IMG/VR virus record: IMGVR_UViG_2541047882_000006
From: a virus
Taxonomy: Duplodnaviria > Heunggongvirae > Uroviricota > Caudoviricetes
Strand: one strand, 5' to 3'
DNA length: 33,679 nucleotides
Part shown: piece after piece, positions 18,787 to 27,449 of the stretch
How positions within the stretch are numbered: position 1 is the stretch's first letter
Layout: every line of letters begins with the position of its first letter
The notes under the pieces: model-generated
What the model saw: the letters and a program-made list of their open reading frames with translations, nothing else
The model's database searches: none
What the model was told of the DNA's origin: nothing
Translations under genes and position numbers: made by a program

Positions 18787-19385
18787 TACGCAAACTCCAG
18801 TAGTTGTGCGGCCACATTTTCAACTTCCTCCTGAGAGGAGAATTTACGGAACAGAATCCAGTTCCACAGCACATTCAGTACAGATTTATAAACCTGCTGA
18901 AACTCGACTTCGTCCATATTCGCAAAAGCGATGGATTTTGCCCGACGCCCACGGCTACCGTCCGGATAAATATGCTCGGTGTAAAATCCGGCCTGAATGG
19001 TTACCCACTCGCGGAAAGCCTCAAACGACTTTAGCAACGCCGTATCCCGGGTTCTACGAGTCGCAACGGTGTTAAGGTATTGCTCTGCGGCATCACTCAG
19101 GGCTGATGTGTGTTCCCGACCAACTGATTCGCACAGGTAATCCACGAAACCAGACAGCAGTTCTCGTTCGCGAGGCGTGATCGCCCCACCGACCGGAGTC
19201 CAGTAATCGAATCCCAGTTGCAGGAGTTTGAAAAAACGCTTGTGGAATGCGTAGTTACGCACACGCTTAAAGTCTGCGTGTATCCACTCACCTATTTTGA
19301 TTTGATGCAGAAAATCGCAACTCTCCGGCGTCGCCGGGAGAAGTAAACCAGAAGAGGTTTGTTTGACCAGTTGTATATGCGCCAT
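18786..19385 (-). CDS. nin-region phage protein (DUF1367-like), hypothetical
   Basis: 199-aa track ORF, stop overlapping the downstream gene start; family assignment from memory, uncertain. Confidence 0.45.
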   Translation of the reverse strand: MAHIQLVKQTSSGLLLPATPESCDFLHQIKIGEWIHADFKRVRNYAFHKRFFKLLQLGFDYWTPVGGAITPRERELLSGFVDYLCESVGREHTSALSDAAEQYLNTVATRRTRDTALLKSFEAFREWVTIQAGFYTEHIYPDGSRGRRAKSIAFANMDEVEFQQVYKSVLNVLWNWILFRKFSSQEEVENVAAQLLEFA

Positions 19386-19660
19386 TTCTCAATCTCTCGA
19401 TGGCGCAGTGCAGCAGATGCCAGTTGTTCAGGCTGACGTATAAAGTATAAATAAACTGGTTCCAGTGTAAAGCCCCCACATTGATGGAATAAAAATCAAA
19501 CAATAGATTGCTGGGATAAAAATACAACGCTTATTATTAAAAGCGGTTAGACAAATTAAATTTTAATGTTATGCAAATCTGCCAGATTAGCATAATATCT
19601 CATTTGAAAACCGCTGAAATAACAATCTTATCAGGATTAATCATATTAAGGTGAGTAAAT

Positions 19661-19747
19661 ATGGAAAACAACAAATCTGCACATTACGCTCCTTTTTTAT
19701 CTGTAATACTTTTTGTATTTTGTTGTGTATGGGCGGTATTTTTATAA
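19661..19747 (+). CDS. candidate small hydrophobic peptide (28 aa)
   Basis: ATG at 19661 preceded by AAGGTGAG 5 nt upstream; translates MENNKSAHYAPFLSVILFVFCCVWAVFL; ends just before a strong hairpin. Below the ORF-track size cutoff. Confidence 0.3.
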   Translation: MENNKSAHYAPFLSVILFVFCCVWAVFL

Positions 19748-19762
19748 AACACACCCACAAAT

Positions 19763-19792
19763 AAATCAAACCCGCTACAGCGGGTTTGATTT
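19763..19792. terminator. bidirectional intrinsic terminator between the small ORF (+) and the S8 protease gene (-)
   Basis: Perfect 13-bp inverted repeat AAATCAAACCCGC-taca-GCGGGTTTGATTT, flanked by A/T-rich sequence; convergent genes on either side. Confidence 0.55.
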
Positions 19793-19801
19793 ATATAGTT
19801 G

Positions 19802-22066
19802 TTATACGGAAACTGGCACACGAGCAGGCAATGGATAGTGAGCCCAGTTATTAGCATTTAAAGCTCTTACACCATCAGCATAAACTTGTGTGTTTCCATC
19901 TAATGATTTTAAAGTTACTACAATAGTTACAGGTAAAGGCTCCATTAAGGCCGGTTCATTCGCTCTCAACGTTGTTTTAGCCTGAAGAGCCCAGTTACCC
20001 GAAGTAATTCCTTTATTAAATGCCTTGCGATGAATTTTTACTGGTGACCACTTTCCACCATGCTCAATTTGAGCTCTCTCATATCCAGATTGACCGTTTT
20101 CTCCTTCCATAGGCACTTTTCCTTTTATAGTATTATTCTCAATTAAGCCAAAACTTAGCTCTACGTTCGCGCGAACATATTCACTGCCGGCATTAGGGTT
20201 TAGTGGTGGTGCATATGCAGCAGTAATTACAATCTCACCTTTAAATTTTCCATTTTGAATAAGTGCCGATGGTATGGGATAGTTTTCCTTTCTCCACCTC
20301 ACCCCAGGAACCAAGAATGTTTGGAAAATCAGAGTAAACCTATCATCACTATCATATAAGGTCTCAATAACCTCATTAGGAATTCCCGCTCCCAAATAGC
20401 GTCTTTCACTTGGCGAGTAATCAGGAGAAGATAATTGAGCGGAATGAATTAATAATGCTTTAATCAATGATGGTGAAACATTAAAGTCTGAATTAGTGGC
20501 TATTCTCTGCCATGTATGCGCAGCTAAACTTGCCACAATTGGAGCAGCAAAACTAGTACCAAAATTAGAGCAAAGCCTATTATCTGGCCCTACGACCTTT
20601 AAACTGCTTGCTCCTACATTCCAAGGTCTATGAACCCCACCGCCAGCATGGATTATATCTGGCTTTGGAGTAAATACAGGCCCAGGGCCACGACGAGTAT
20701 ATGGTGTCGGTGTTCCAATTTCACTTAAAGCATCATTAGCTTCCATATGAGAAACTGAACCAACTGTTAGTGCTCGGACTGACTCTCCAGGAGAGGAAAT
20801 TAAATCAGCACCTCCAAGCGGATCAGGATTTGGCCATGTACGTATAGGTTCATCTACATAATTACCTGCAGCAACTACAAACAAAATACCAAATTTATCG
20901 CTGAGCCGATCTAACTCCATCGCAAAATCACTAAACATCTGCTCATTACATGGTCCGCCTCCCAAAGACAAATTCCAGACTTTTATATCTGGTCTTTTAT
21001 TTACAGCATCTGCTAGCCTCAGAATTAAATCTGATATATAAGATCCATTTTCATCTAAAGCACAAACATCATGGATTTTAGATTTTGTATCAGGAATCCA
21101 TGGATGATTGTCATTTAAAAAATGAGCGCCTGATATCAATGAAGACACCATAGTCCCATGTTCATAACTCGTATCAGGAGGAATTACGTATGTTTCCCTA
21201 CTCACTACCCAAGGAGTAATTGTTGCCGCGATGGGGCTTACCCCAGTGTCAAATACAGCAACAATGGGTAATTCTTCTGATGGTACGGGAAAGCTATTTG
21301 TTTCAATGCCAACAGAATCACTTACACTAACCGGGAATGCTGAATATTTTGGTTCTGGAATTAACGTTCTTATACCCGGGTAATCAATGAGAATGTCTAA
21401 TATATATCTATCACTTGGGGATAAATCCATTATCCTTAATAAGGGAAGACCACATTTTTGTCTAATTTCATCATATTTAACTCCGTATTGTTCTAATATA
21501 GAAATAACGTTTTCATAGTTGTTGTAAGTTGCATCTTCACCTGTGTACTCAAATAGTCGTACAAGGATGTTTGATGATTCAAACAAACCATCAGTGCCTC
21601 CCGGAACCTTCCTATTCTCATCCCAAGGTTCAATGCGCTCAATCGCGCTTAGATTAGCCAAAATCGCTTTAATATTCCGATTTAAAATGACTGACTCTAA
21701 TACGTCAAAACAGCCGGCATGAGCAGCAACCAACATTTCATCTATTTTGGCATGACCGGCATTTTGCAATCCAGCCTCTTGAGCAATTTTGTTCGGCCTA
21801 TGCGTTTTGGCTATTCCCTGGTCTCTTAATTTGAAAACCAAAGTACCCAAGCTTCCAGGGTACTCTGAAAGTTTGGATTCTAAATAATGTTTACTGGTTG
21901 TTAAATTTCTTACTAGCCCTTGTCTATATTCGGCTGTTACATCAACCAATACCTTTGCCCCACCGCCAGCGTTTACTATTGCACCCAAGTCACTACTGGA
22001 AAAAGGGATTCTTAACGTTGGGTTTGTAACTTTTGCGTTACTAAACTGTGTACCCCTTCTGCTCAT
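19802..22066 (-). CDS. subtilisin-like serine protease (peptidase S8) with large N- and C-terminal extensions; IetS-like
   Basis: 754-aa track ORF; S8 motifs in order D (VAVFDTGVS, ~aa 273), H (YEHGTMVSS, ~303), N (VVAAGNY, ~402), S (GTSFAAPIVASLAAH, ~505); no N-terminal signal peptide; AGGAG ribosome-binding site; start overlaps the upstream ATPase gene by 26 nt. Confidence 0.8.
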   Translation of the reverse strand: MSRRGTQFSNAKVTNPTLRIPFSSSDLGAIVNAGGGAKVLVDVTAEYRQGLVRNLTTSKHYLESKLSEYPGSLGTLVFKLRDQGIAKTHRPNKIAQEAGLQNAGHAKIDEMLVAAHAGCFDVLESVILNRNIKAILANLSAIERIEPWDENRKVPGGTDGLFESSNILVRLFEYTGEDATYNNYENVISILEQYGVKYDEIRQKCGLPLLRIMDLSPSDRYILDILIDYPGIRTLIPEPKYSAFPVSVSDSVGIETNSFPVPSEELPIVAVFDTGVSPIAATITPWVVSRETYVIPPDTSYEHGTMVSSLISGAHFLNDNHPWIPDTKSKIHDVCALDENGSYISDLILRLADAVNKRPDIKVWNLSLGGGPCNEQMFSDFAMELDRLSDKFGILFVVAAGNYVDEPIRTWPNPDPLGGADLISSPGESVRALTVGSVSHMEANDALSEIGTPTPYTRRGPGPVFTPKPDIIHAGGGVHRPWNVGASSLKVVGPDNRLCSNFGTSFAAPIVASLAAHTWQRIATNSDFNVSPSLIKALLIHSAQLSSPDYSPSERRYLGAGIPNEVIETLYDSDDRFTLIFQTFLVPGVRWRKENYPIPSALIQNGKFKGEIVITAAYAPPLNPNAGSEYVRANVELSFGLIENNTIKGKVPMEGENGQSGYERAQIEHGGKWSPVKIHRKAFNKGITSGNWALQAKTTLRANEPALMEPLPVTIVVTLKSLDGNTQVYADGVRALNANNWAHYPLPARVPVSV

Positions 22067-23195
22067 ATGCTCCTGACTCCTTCAGAATGTTTGAAATTAC
22101 TCTTGATGTAAGTTTGTACAAATTAGCAAGAACTCTGATAGAAAATAATTTTTTATCTTTAGAACGTAACCAACGAATTTCATCTTCGTAAGTGCTTAAA
22201 TTTACACCTTCCATAAGCGATTGAGCAAGATACAAACGCCTATACAATTTGTGGTGATTTATCACACTTGCACCTTCAATAACTGCATCCCTACGTGCAT
22301 CCAAGCTCACCTGTTCAATTATTGCTCCGGATAATCCTTCCGATTTTCTTGATAAATCACTTAAATCTAGATCGCTACATATCATATTCTTTAAACGATT
22401 TTTCCAAATTAACTCTCTCTGATGTATGTCAGGCAGAGGCATTGGAATTCTGAAGCTAAATCGCCTCCAGATTGCAGGATCCAGAAGTTGCTCATGGTTA
22501 GTTGAGGCAATAATTACCGTATCCTCTGATGCCGCATCCATATTCTGCAATAGTGAAATGACAACTCGCTGAAGCTCACCTATATCTCTCTCATTACCTC
22601 TTGCTCCAGCTAAAGCATCAAATTCGTCTAAAAAAAGCACTGATGGCCTCTGCATTACATAATCGAAAACCTGTCTAAGATTTTTGCTGGTTTGTCCCAA
22701 TAAACTACTAATCAAAGTATCGCAACGCACTGTAAGAAGTGGAAAATCTAAGCGGGTAGCGATGTACTTAGATAACATAGTCTTACCTGTTCCTGGCTTT
22801 CCATACACGAGCATACGACTCGGCAATGCTGCATCAGCTTTAACAAACTCATCATAACGTTGAACATTAGTGATAAACTCTTCAACACGGGTACTGATTG
22901 CTGCAGGCAGAAAAATCTCTGAACTGTCTAATTTAGGATAACTGACATCAACAGTGTTGAGTCGACTATCAATATCTACCGGTAATGAGCCCAGAGATAT
23001 CCCACCTCCAGCCCTTTGAGCTCCTGCCAACGCCTGGGGAGCTCTAAGCAACCTTTCTCTTATCATTCTGGCTTGCTTGACCTCCCCTTTTTGTTCGAGC
23101 TTATCTGCCAGCAACCCAGCATAATTACTAGCCATCGAAGCATTTGCCTTTGTTGCACCTTCAATGATTTTTAACACTTCTGATAAATAATCCAT
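22041..23195 (-). CDS. AAA+ ATPase; IetA-like
   Basis: 384-aa track ORF; Walker A GKPGTGKT (~aa 132-139), Walker B VLFLDEFD (~185-192), sensor-1 IIASTNH, arginine pair WRRF; ~125-aa N-terminal and ~130-aa C-terminal non-ATPase regions. Confidence 0.8.
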   Translation of the reverse strand: MDYLSEVLKIIEGATKANASMASNYAGLLADKLEQKGEVKQARMIRERLLRAPQALAGAQRAGGGISLGSLPVDIDSRLNTVDVSYPKLDSSEIFLPAAISTRVEEFITNVQRYDEFVKADAALPSRMLVYGKPGTGKTMLSKYIATRLDFPLLTVRCDTLISSLLGQTSKNLRQVFDYVMQRPSVLFLDEFDALAGARGNERDIGELQRVVISLLQNMDAASEDTVIIASTNHEQLLDPAIWRRFSFRIPMPLPDIHQRELIWKNRLKNMICSDLDLSDLSRKSEGLSGAIIEQVSLDARRDAVIEGASVINHHKLYRRLYLAQSLMEGVNLSTYEDEIRWLRSKDKKLFSIRVLANLYKLTSRVISNILKESGAYEQKGYTV

Positions 23196-23388
23196 TCAAC
23201 ACTCCCACAACAAAAAGCCACAGCAATCAAAAAATGAGCACGCAGAATCAAAATACTCTCTAATCGTAACGCATTTTGAGATTTTTGATACGTTTTTTTG
23301 GGATTATGTAACGCCAAATGGTCATTTTGTGTCAGAAAAATAAATCTTAGTACCGAGAATATGTAGCTTCCATCCTTCATCGTTCTAT

Positions 23389-23835
23389 TCATCCCTGATC
23401 TCCAAGCCTCTCTCGAAAACCATTCTGATAAAACGCCAGCACACGCTGCATAACTTCGCTCTTCCGGCACTCGCGACAGATTATGTTCAGACGCCTGTCG
23501 TAGCGGCGTATTTCTCCGTCTGGTAATGACCAGATAAGGTCCGGATCAACCACAGATGGTTTCTTCACCTTTGCCCTAGATAGTTTTTTGCGGGCATTTT
23601 GCCAGTCCTTACGAGCCTGTTCAGACGGGAATAACCCGTAACCAGAGTTGTATACATCGCCACTGGCAACCAGCTCTCTGGCGAGAACGCTCATCAGATA
23701 TCTTGTCGCACCTGTCTTGGCTTCCAGTTGCCGTAACGTCTCGCGCCCACTCCGGCGTACTAGTTCAACAACCTGCCCTTTAATTTTTTCCCGCTCTTCT
23801 TGTGTAAATACTTTTGCCATAAGCGCCTCCGGCAA
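23389..23835 (-). CDS. hypothetical protein (nin region)
   Basis: 148-aa track ORF on the same strand upstream of the ATPase gene; backbone-like GC; no recognised motifs. Confidence 0.4.
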   Translation of the reverse strand: MPEALMAKVFTQEEREKIKGQVVELVRRSGRETLRQLEAKTGATRYLMSVLARELVASGDVYNSGYGLFPSEQARKDWQNARKKLSRAKVKKPSVVDPDLIWSLPDGEIRRYDRRLNIICRECRKSEVMQRVLAFYQNGFRERLGDQG

Positions 23836-23996
23836 TCACTTTTCCGATACAACACGGCGGGAAGAATCAGTAATCTGTCGAACAATATCCCGGTGCTTGT
23901 TCAGCTCCCGCAGCGCGGCGCAGACTCGCTCCCACTTCTGGACATGATTTTTCGCCCGACGCAGTTCACGGTTTGCCATATGCAGCGATGGTAAAA

Positions 23997-24248
23997 TCAG
24001 GTTATCCGCTTGCGTTTCAGTAAACGATGGCAACGACTGCACAATGTCCGCCACAGTTTCTGTTTTAATATCTTCCTGTGTTGCAGCTTCCTGTACTGGC
24101 AGGTGTACGCGCTTTTATCAACGAAACCAGCCTTTTTCAGTTCCCATAGTTCGTTCAGCACTTCTTCACGGCTGATATCAAGTCGCGCAGCAAGTTCTAT
24201 GGATGTAGCTTTTCCCATTGCTTTCAGTGCGTCAAAAACAGTCTCCAT
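23997..24248 (-). CDS. hypothetical small winged-helix-like protein
   Basis: Track ORF 23997-24299; start moved to [43 protein letters not shown], preceded by GGGAGA; HTH-like segment. Confidence 0.4.
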
Positions 24249-24270
24249 TAAATTTTTCTCCCGGTAAAAA

Positions 24271-24810
24271 TTACTTCGCAATTCCTGGCTGGACGACATT
24301 CGGACGCCAGCTCTCCCAGTTAAAATTCACCCATCGCCCGCCGTTCATGGTCATGCGATCCATAATCCTCTCGCCGAGCAATGTTTTCATGGCCTCATAA
24401 TTCAGGTTTGTCAGCATCCCCACGCTGCGCATCGACGCTGTCCGGCGATCAACAATCTGGTGCAGCACCACCTGCTCGTTTTTTGTCTCGCGCTGAATGC
24501 CAATTTCATCAAGAACCAGCAGATCCACTTGGCACAGTTCCCGCAAAAATTTTTCGCCTGATTGCCCGTCGTCATAGCTGGCGTGTAGGGCACTCATGAC
24601 ATCAGCCACGGTAACCACAATCACTGTCTGGCCATCTTTCAGCAGGCGATTCCCGATAGCCGCCGCCAGATGGTTTTTTCCGGTACCAGGTTTTCCGCTG
24701 AACGCAAAATTTGTACATCGAAGATGCAGAGTCGGTGACGCAGCTCGCGCGGAAGGATTGCCAGAATTGCTGGGATCAGCTTCTGAATTTTTTCTCTTTG
24801 CGTTTTCGTT
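24271..24810 (-). pseudogene. DnaC-like helicase loader (Rac YdaV-type), 5'-truncated
   Basis: Frame open from a stop at 24811-24813 with no ATG/TTG and no GTG before 24624. Walker A FSGKPGTGKNHLAAAI and the downstream segment (DLLVLDEIG, IVDRR, GMLTN, GERIMDRM) closely match E. coli DnaC as I recall it, but only ~22 codons lie upstream of Walker A and do not resemble DnaC. Confidence 0.65.
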
Positions 24811-24995
24811 TCACCTTTCAACCAACGGTGATAGATATTCTGCTGATTGTTCCAGTCCTTGCCTGGAACCAGGGGCAATTCGCCGCCCCCCTGGCGCAGA
24901 TATTCTTCAGTAATTGCATTGGCTACCCATGCCTGCCCTTTTTCGGCTGCTAGGGCAAACAACACTGATTCGATGTGCTCATGCTTGATTTTCAT
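24639..24995 (-). CDS. YdaT-like protein, possibly C-terminally altered by a deletion junction
   Basis: 118-aa track ORF directly downstream of ydaS; N-terminal MKIKHEHIESVLFALAAEKGQ; 3' end overlaps the DnaC-like frame in another frame. Confidence 0.45.
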   Translation of the reverse strand: MKIKHEHIESVLFALAAEKGQAWVANAITEEYLRQGGGELPLVPGKDWNNQQNIYHRWLKGETKTQREKIQKLIPAILAILPRELRHRLCIFDVQILRSAENLVPEKTIWRRLSGIAC

Positions 24996-25017
24996 GAATC
25001 ATTTGCCTCTTGATGTT

Positions 25018-25314
25018 TCAGGTATGATCAAATGAGGATTTGTTACTGTCATTTAGTTGCTTCACTGACATATTCTGCGAACAACATGCCGAACGTCGTA
25101 AATATGACCAGTCAATATCAGGACGAAGTTCTTCGCACAGAACCTCACCTCTTGTTGCACGTTCAATTGCTGGACATCTCTCGGCAGGCAATTGACGTAC
25201 CCCTTTGATCCATTGATTTACGCTTGGAGGTGATACACCTAAAAGCCTAGCCATTGCTGATTGCCCACCGACAACAGCACAAGCTTGCTTGAATGAATAG
25301 TTCTCTTTTTTCAT
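25018..25314 (-). CDS. ydaS: Cro/CI-type HTH regulator YdaS (Rac)
   Basis: 98-aa track ORF; HTH MARLLGVSPPSVNQWIKG; divergent from racR across an operator-rich spacer; recognised as K-12 YdaS. Confidence 0.8.
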   Translation of the reverse strand: MKKENYSFKQACAVVGGQSAMARLLGVSPPSVNQWIKGVRQLPAERCPAIERATRGEVLCEELRPDIDWSYLRRSACCSQNMSVKQLNDSNKSSFDHT

Positions 25315-25339
25315 CGAATGAACTCCAAAAACACACAGA

Positions 25340-25430
25340 AATATTAGGCGACGCCTAACGCAATTGTCAATAGGCTGTGCCTAATGCGGTAAGGGTAGGG
25401 ATTGCCTAATGTAATGCGCATAGGAGAATA
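25340..25430. promoter_or_regulatory. divergent racR/ydaS control region with palindromic operator-like sites
   Basis: TTAGGCGaCGCCTAA (25344-25358), ATTGtCAAT (~25363-25371), TAGGCtgtGCCTA (25371-25383) and further GCCTAA half-sites in the 123-bp spacer between the two start codons. Confidence 0.6.
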
Positions 25431-25437
25431 TTAAGCA

Positions 25438-25914
25438 ATGCTTAGTGGTAAAGACTTAGGCCGAGCGATAGAGCAGGCCATTAACAAAAAAATCGCATCG
25501 GGATCCGTCAAATCAAAGGCGGAGGTCGCACGCCACTTCAAAGTCCAACCACCATCAATTTATGACTGGATTAAGAAAGGCTCTATAAGTAAAGATAAAC
25601 TTCCAGAATTATGGCGTTTCTTTTCTGATGTTGTTGGTCCAGAGCATTGGGGGCTTAACGAATACCCCATACCAACCCCCACCAATTCAGATACAAAAAG
25701 TGAACTTTTAGATATAAACAACCTTTATCAAGCAGCCTCTGATGAAATAAGAGCGATTGTAGCTTTCCTGTTATCTGGAAATGCTACAGAACCAGATTGG
25801 GTTGACCACGATGTTCGCGCCTATATAGCAGCGATGGAAATGAAAGTGGGTAAGTATCTGAAAGCTCTAGAATCTGAACGGAAAAGCCAGAACATCACAA
25901 AAACTGGAACTTAA
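25438..25914 (+). CDS. racR: Rac prophage repressor RacR
   Basis: 158-aa track ORF, recognised as K-12 RacR (same length as recalled); HTH near the N-terminus. Confidence 0.85.
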   Translation: MLSGKDLGRAIEQAINKKIASGSVKSKAEVARHFKVQPPSIYDWIKKGSISKDKLPELWRFFSDVVGPEHWGLNEYPIPTPTNSDTKSELLDINNLYQAASDEIRAIVAFLLSGNATEPDWVDHDVRAYIAAMEMKVGKYLKALESERKSQNITKTGT

Positions 25915-25989
25915 ACTTATATGGTCTGACGGAAAACTCCTGGATTCCGTTATTTAACCCCCCCATCACTTTCTGCTGTCGCCATCACC

Positions 25990-26045
25990 TATTAGGTTAC
26001 GCTCAAAACATTAGGCATAGCCTATTGACAATCAATTAGGCATTA
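25990..26045. promoter_or_regulatory. second operator-like cluster downstream of racR (candidate leftward-operon operator/promoter)
   Basis: TAGGCataGCCTA (26012-26024), ATTGAcaaTCAAT (26024-26036) and TTAGGCAT (26036-26043): same half-site family as the racR/ydaS spacer. Confidence 0.5.
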
Positions 26046-26367
26046 CCTATAGTTCCAGCATACCACCCACCCCGCCCCACAGAACGCCGGGCAATACTTC
26101 GAGTTACCAGGCAGTGGTAAGGGGTTAAGTAGCCAGCCCGAGGCGTATGAATATGACGGCGGGATTCAAATTTTGCAGTGCAGCAGTTAGTTCCGCCACC
26201 CGGCGTTAAGGGGAGAGATAAGATGGTGCATTACGAAGTAGTTCAGTATTTGATGGATTGTTGCGGTATCACTTACAACTAGGCTGTGCAGGCTTTACGC
26301 AGCAACGACTGGGATCTCTGGCAGGCAGAAGTCGCTATACGTAGCAACAAGATGTGAGATTCGCAAA

Positions 26368-26523
26368 ATGCAAAAAATCGACCTCGGCAACAACGAATCC
26401 CTGGTGTGCGGCGTGTTCCCCAACCAGGATGGAACGTTCACTGCCATGACGTATACCAAAAGCAAAACATTTAAAACCGAAACTGGTGCGCGCCGATGGT
26501 TGGAGAAGCACACAGTAAGCTAA
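26368..26523 (+). CDS. small Rac protein (YdaF/YdaG-like, 51 aa)
   Basis: ATG at ~26368; translates MQKIDLGNNESLVCGVFPNQDGTFTAMTYTKSKTFKTETGARRWLEKHTVS; convergent with sieB, 3' ends overlapping. Below the track cutoff. Confidence 0.5.
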   Translation: MQKIDLGNNESLVCGVFPNQDGTFTAMTYTKSKTFKTETGARRWLEKHTVS

Positions 26524-27008
26524 CGATTAAAACGTCTACTCCTGCTGTTCCAGAATAACTTCATAAAATGGGAGTATTTTTCGGTGACGAGATAATAAGA
26601 ACAGTTTGCGCTATCACTCTGATGTTGAATGATGCCCTTCCGTTCTAATTTTTTCATAACCGGGTTACGGCAAGGAGAAGTGATAATAAGATTTCCTGTT
26701 TTAAGGAAATCTTTAAATACAGCGATTTCTTTCTCAGATAAACGAAGCAATACTCGTTGCTCTGGTAGTAATGAATAATGCTTTTGAATATGTGCTCGCA
26801 ATCTTGAGAAGGAAATGGCGACCACGAAAGAAAAGGCAAAAACGATAATCTGAAAGAGCCAAGGTATTTCAGTATAAGCATTGAATGCGACAGTAAACTC
26901 TTTCGGTATCAGCCAGAGAGTGAGACCAAAAATGATAATCGTATACATAAGTCTTTCGAGTGGCTCGTTAGCAAAAAGTTTCAACAATGGAGTAAATGCA
27001 TCCAACAT
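26520..27008 (-). CDS. sieB: superinfection exclusion protein B
   Basis: Track ORF 26520-27131; start placed at MLDAFTPLLKLFANEPLERLMYTIIIFGLTLWLIP to give the 162-aa K-12 SieB; membrane protein. Confidence 0.85.
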   Translation of the reverse strand: MLDAFTPLLKLFANEPLERLMYTIIIFGLTLWLIPKEFTVAFNAYTEIPWLFQIIVFAFSFVVAISFSRLRAHIQKHYSLLPEQRVLLRLSEKEIAVFKDFLKTGNLIITSPCRNPVMKKLERKGIIQHQSDSANCSYYLVTEKYSHFMKLFWNSRSRRFNR

Positions 27009-27225
27009 ATCAATAACTCTCAACTGTAAGGGTATTGAAATGTTAACACAAGCTCTCGCTGTAGGGGTATAGCCGAGACCACCGAAGCCCGGAGGTGGTG
27101 AAATAAAACCGGGCACAACACGAAGGCGCATTTCCGATATCCATAAAGAGTCGGTCTTGTCTGTTAAATTTAAATGGTGGGAGTGCGCCTCCGGTTGTAA
27201 ATAACGACATTGCTGTGTGTAGTCC

Positions 27226-27290
27226 TGGCGGCATCAGTTTTTTTCTTGAAGTTCGGCTGATGTCCGCCCTTTTTAAAGTGAATTTTGTGA
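27226..27290 (+). terminator. hairpin plus T-run in the sieB-kilR intergenic region; possible terminator or regulatory RNA element
   Basis: Imperfect inverted repeat GGCGGCATCAG ... CTGATGTCCGCC followed by CTTTTTAAAG; approximate coordinates. Confidence 0.25.
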
Positions 27291-27449
27291 TGCGGTGAAT
27301 GCGGCTAAGCGCACGTGGCACAGTTAAAAGTCATGTTAGTCCTTATTGGTTTGGGTGGGAAAGCCGACTGTAATTGTTAACTGGTTGCAGTCACCTGGAG
27401 GCACCAGGCACCGCATCAACAAAGTTCATTTGTAAAAATGGAGATAATT

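Noticed and set aside
19802-22066. Reading the S8 protein as a secreted subtilisin-type virulence or nutrient protease
   Set aside because: There is no N-terminal signal peptide, the gene is translationally coupled to an AAA+ ATPase, and the S8 domain is embedded between large unknown domains; a cytoplasmic regulated protease fits better.
23171-23470. 99-aa minus-strand track ORF overlapping the start of the AAA+ ATPase gene and its upstream spacer
   Set aside because: It lies in the AT-rich intergenic region that most likely carries the cassette promoter, overlaps two better-supported genes, and has no recognisable features; treated as non-coding.
26295-26513. 72-aa minus-strand ORF between racR and sieB
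   Set aside because: It is antisense to the better-supported small plus-strand ORF (YdaF/YdaG-like, ~26368-26523); treated as a shadow ORF.
27043-27321. 92-aa minus-strand ORF between sieB and kilR
   Set aside because: It falls in an intergenic region containing a hairpin and T-run, has no recognisable domain, and in Rac this interval is expected to be regulatory.
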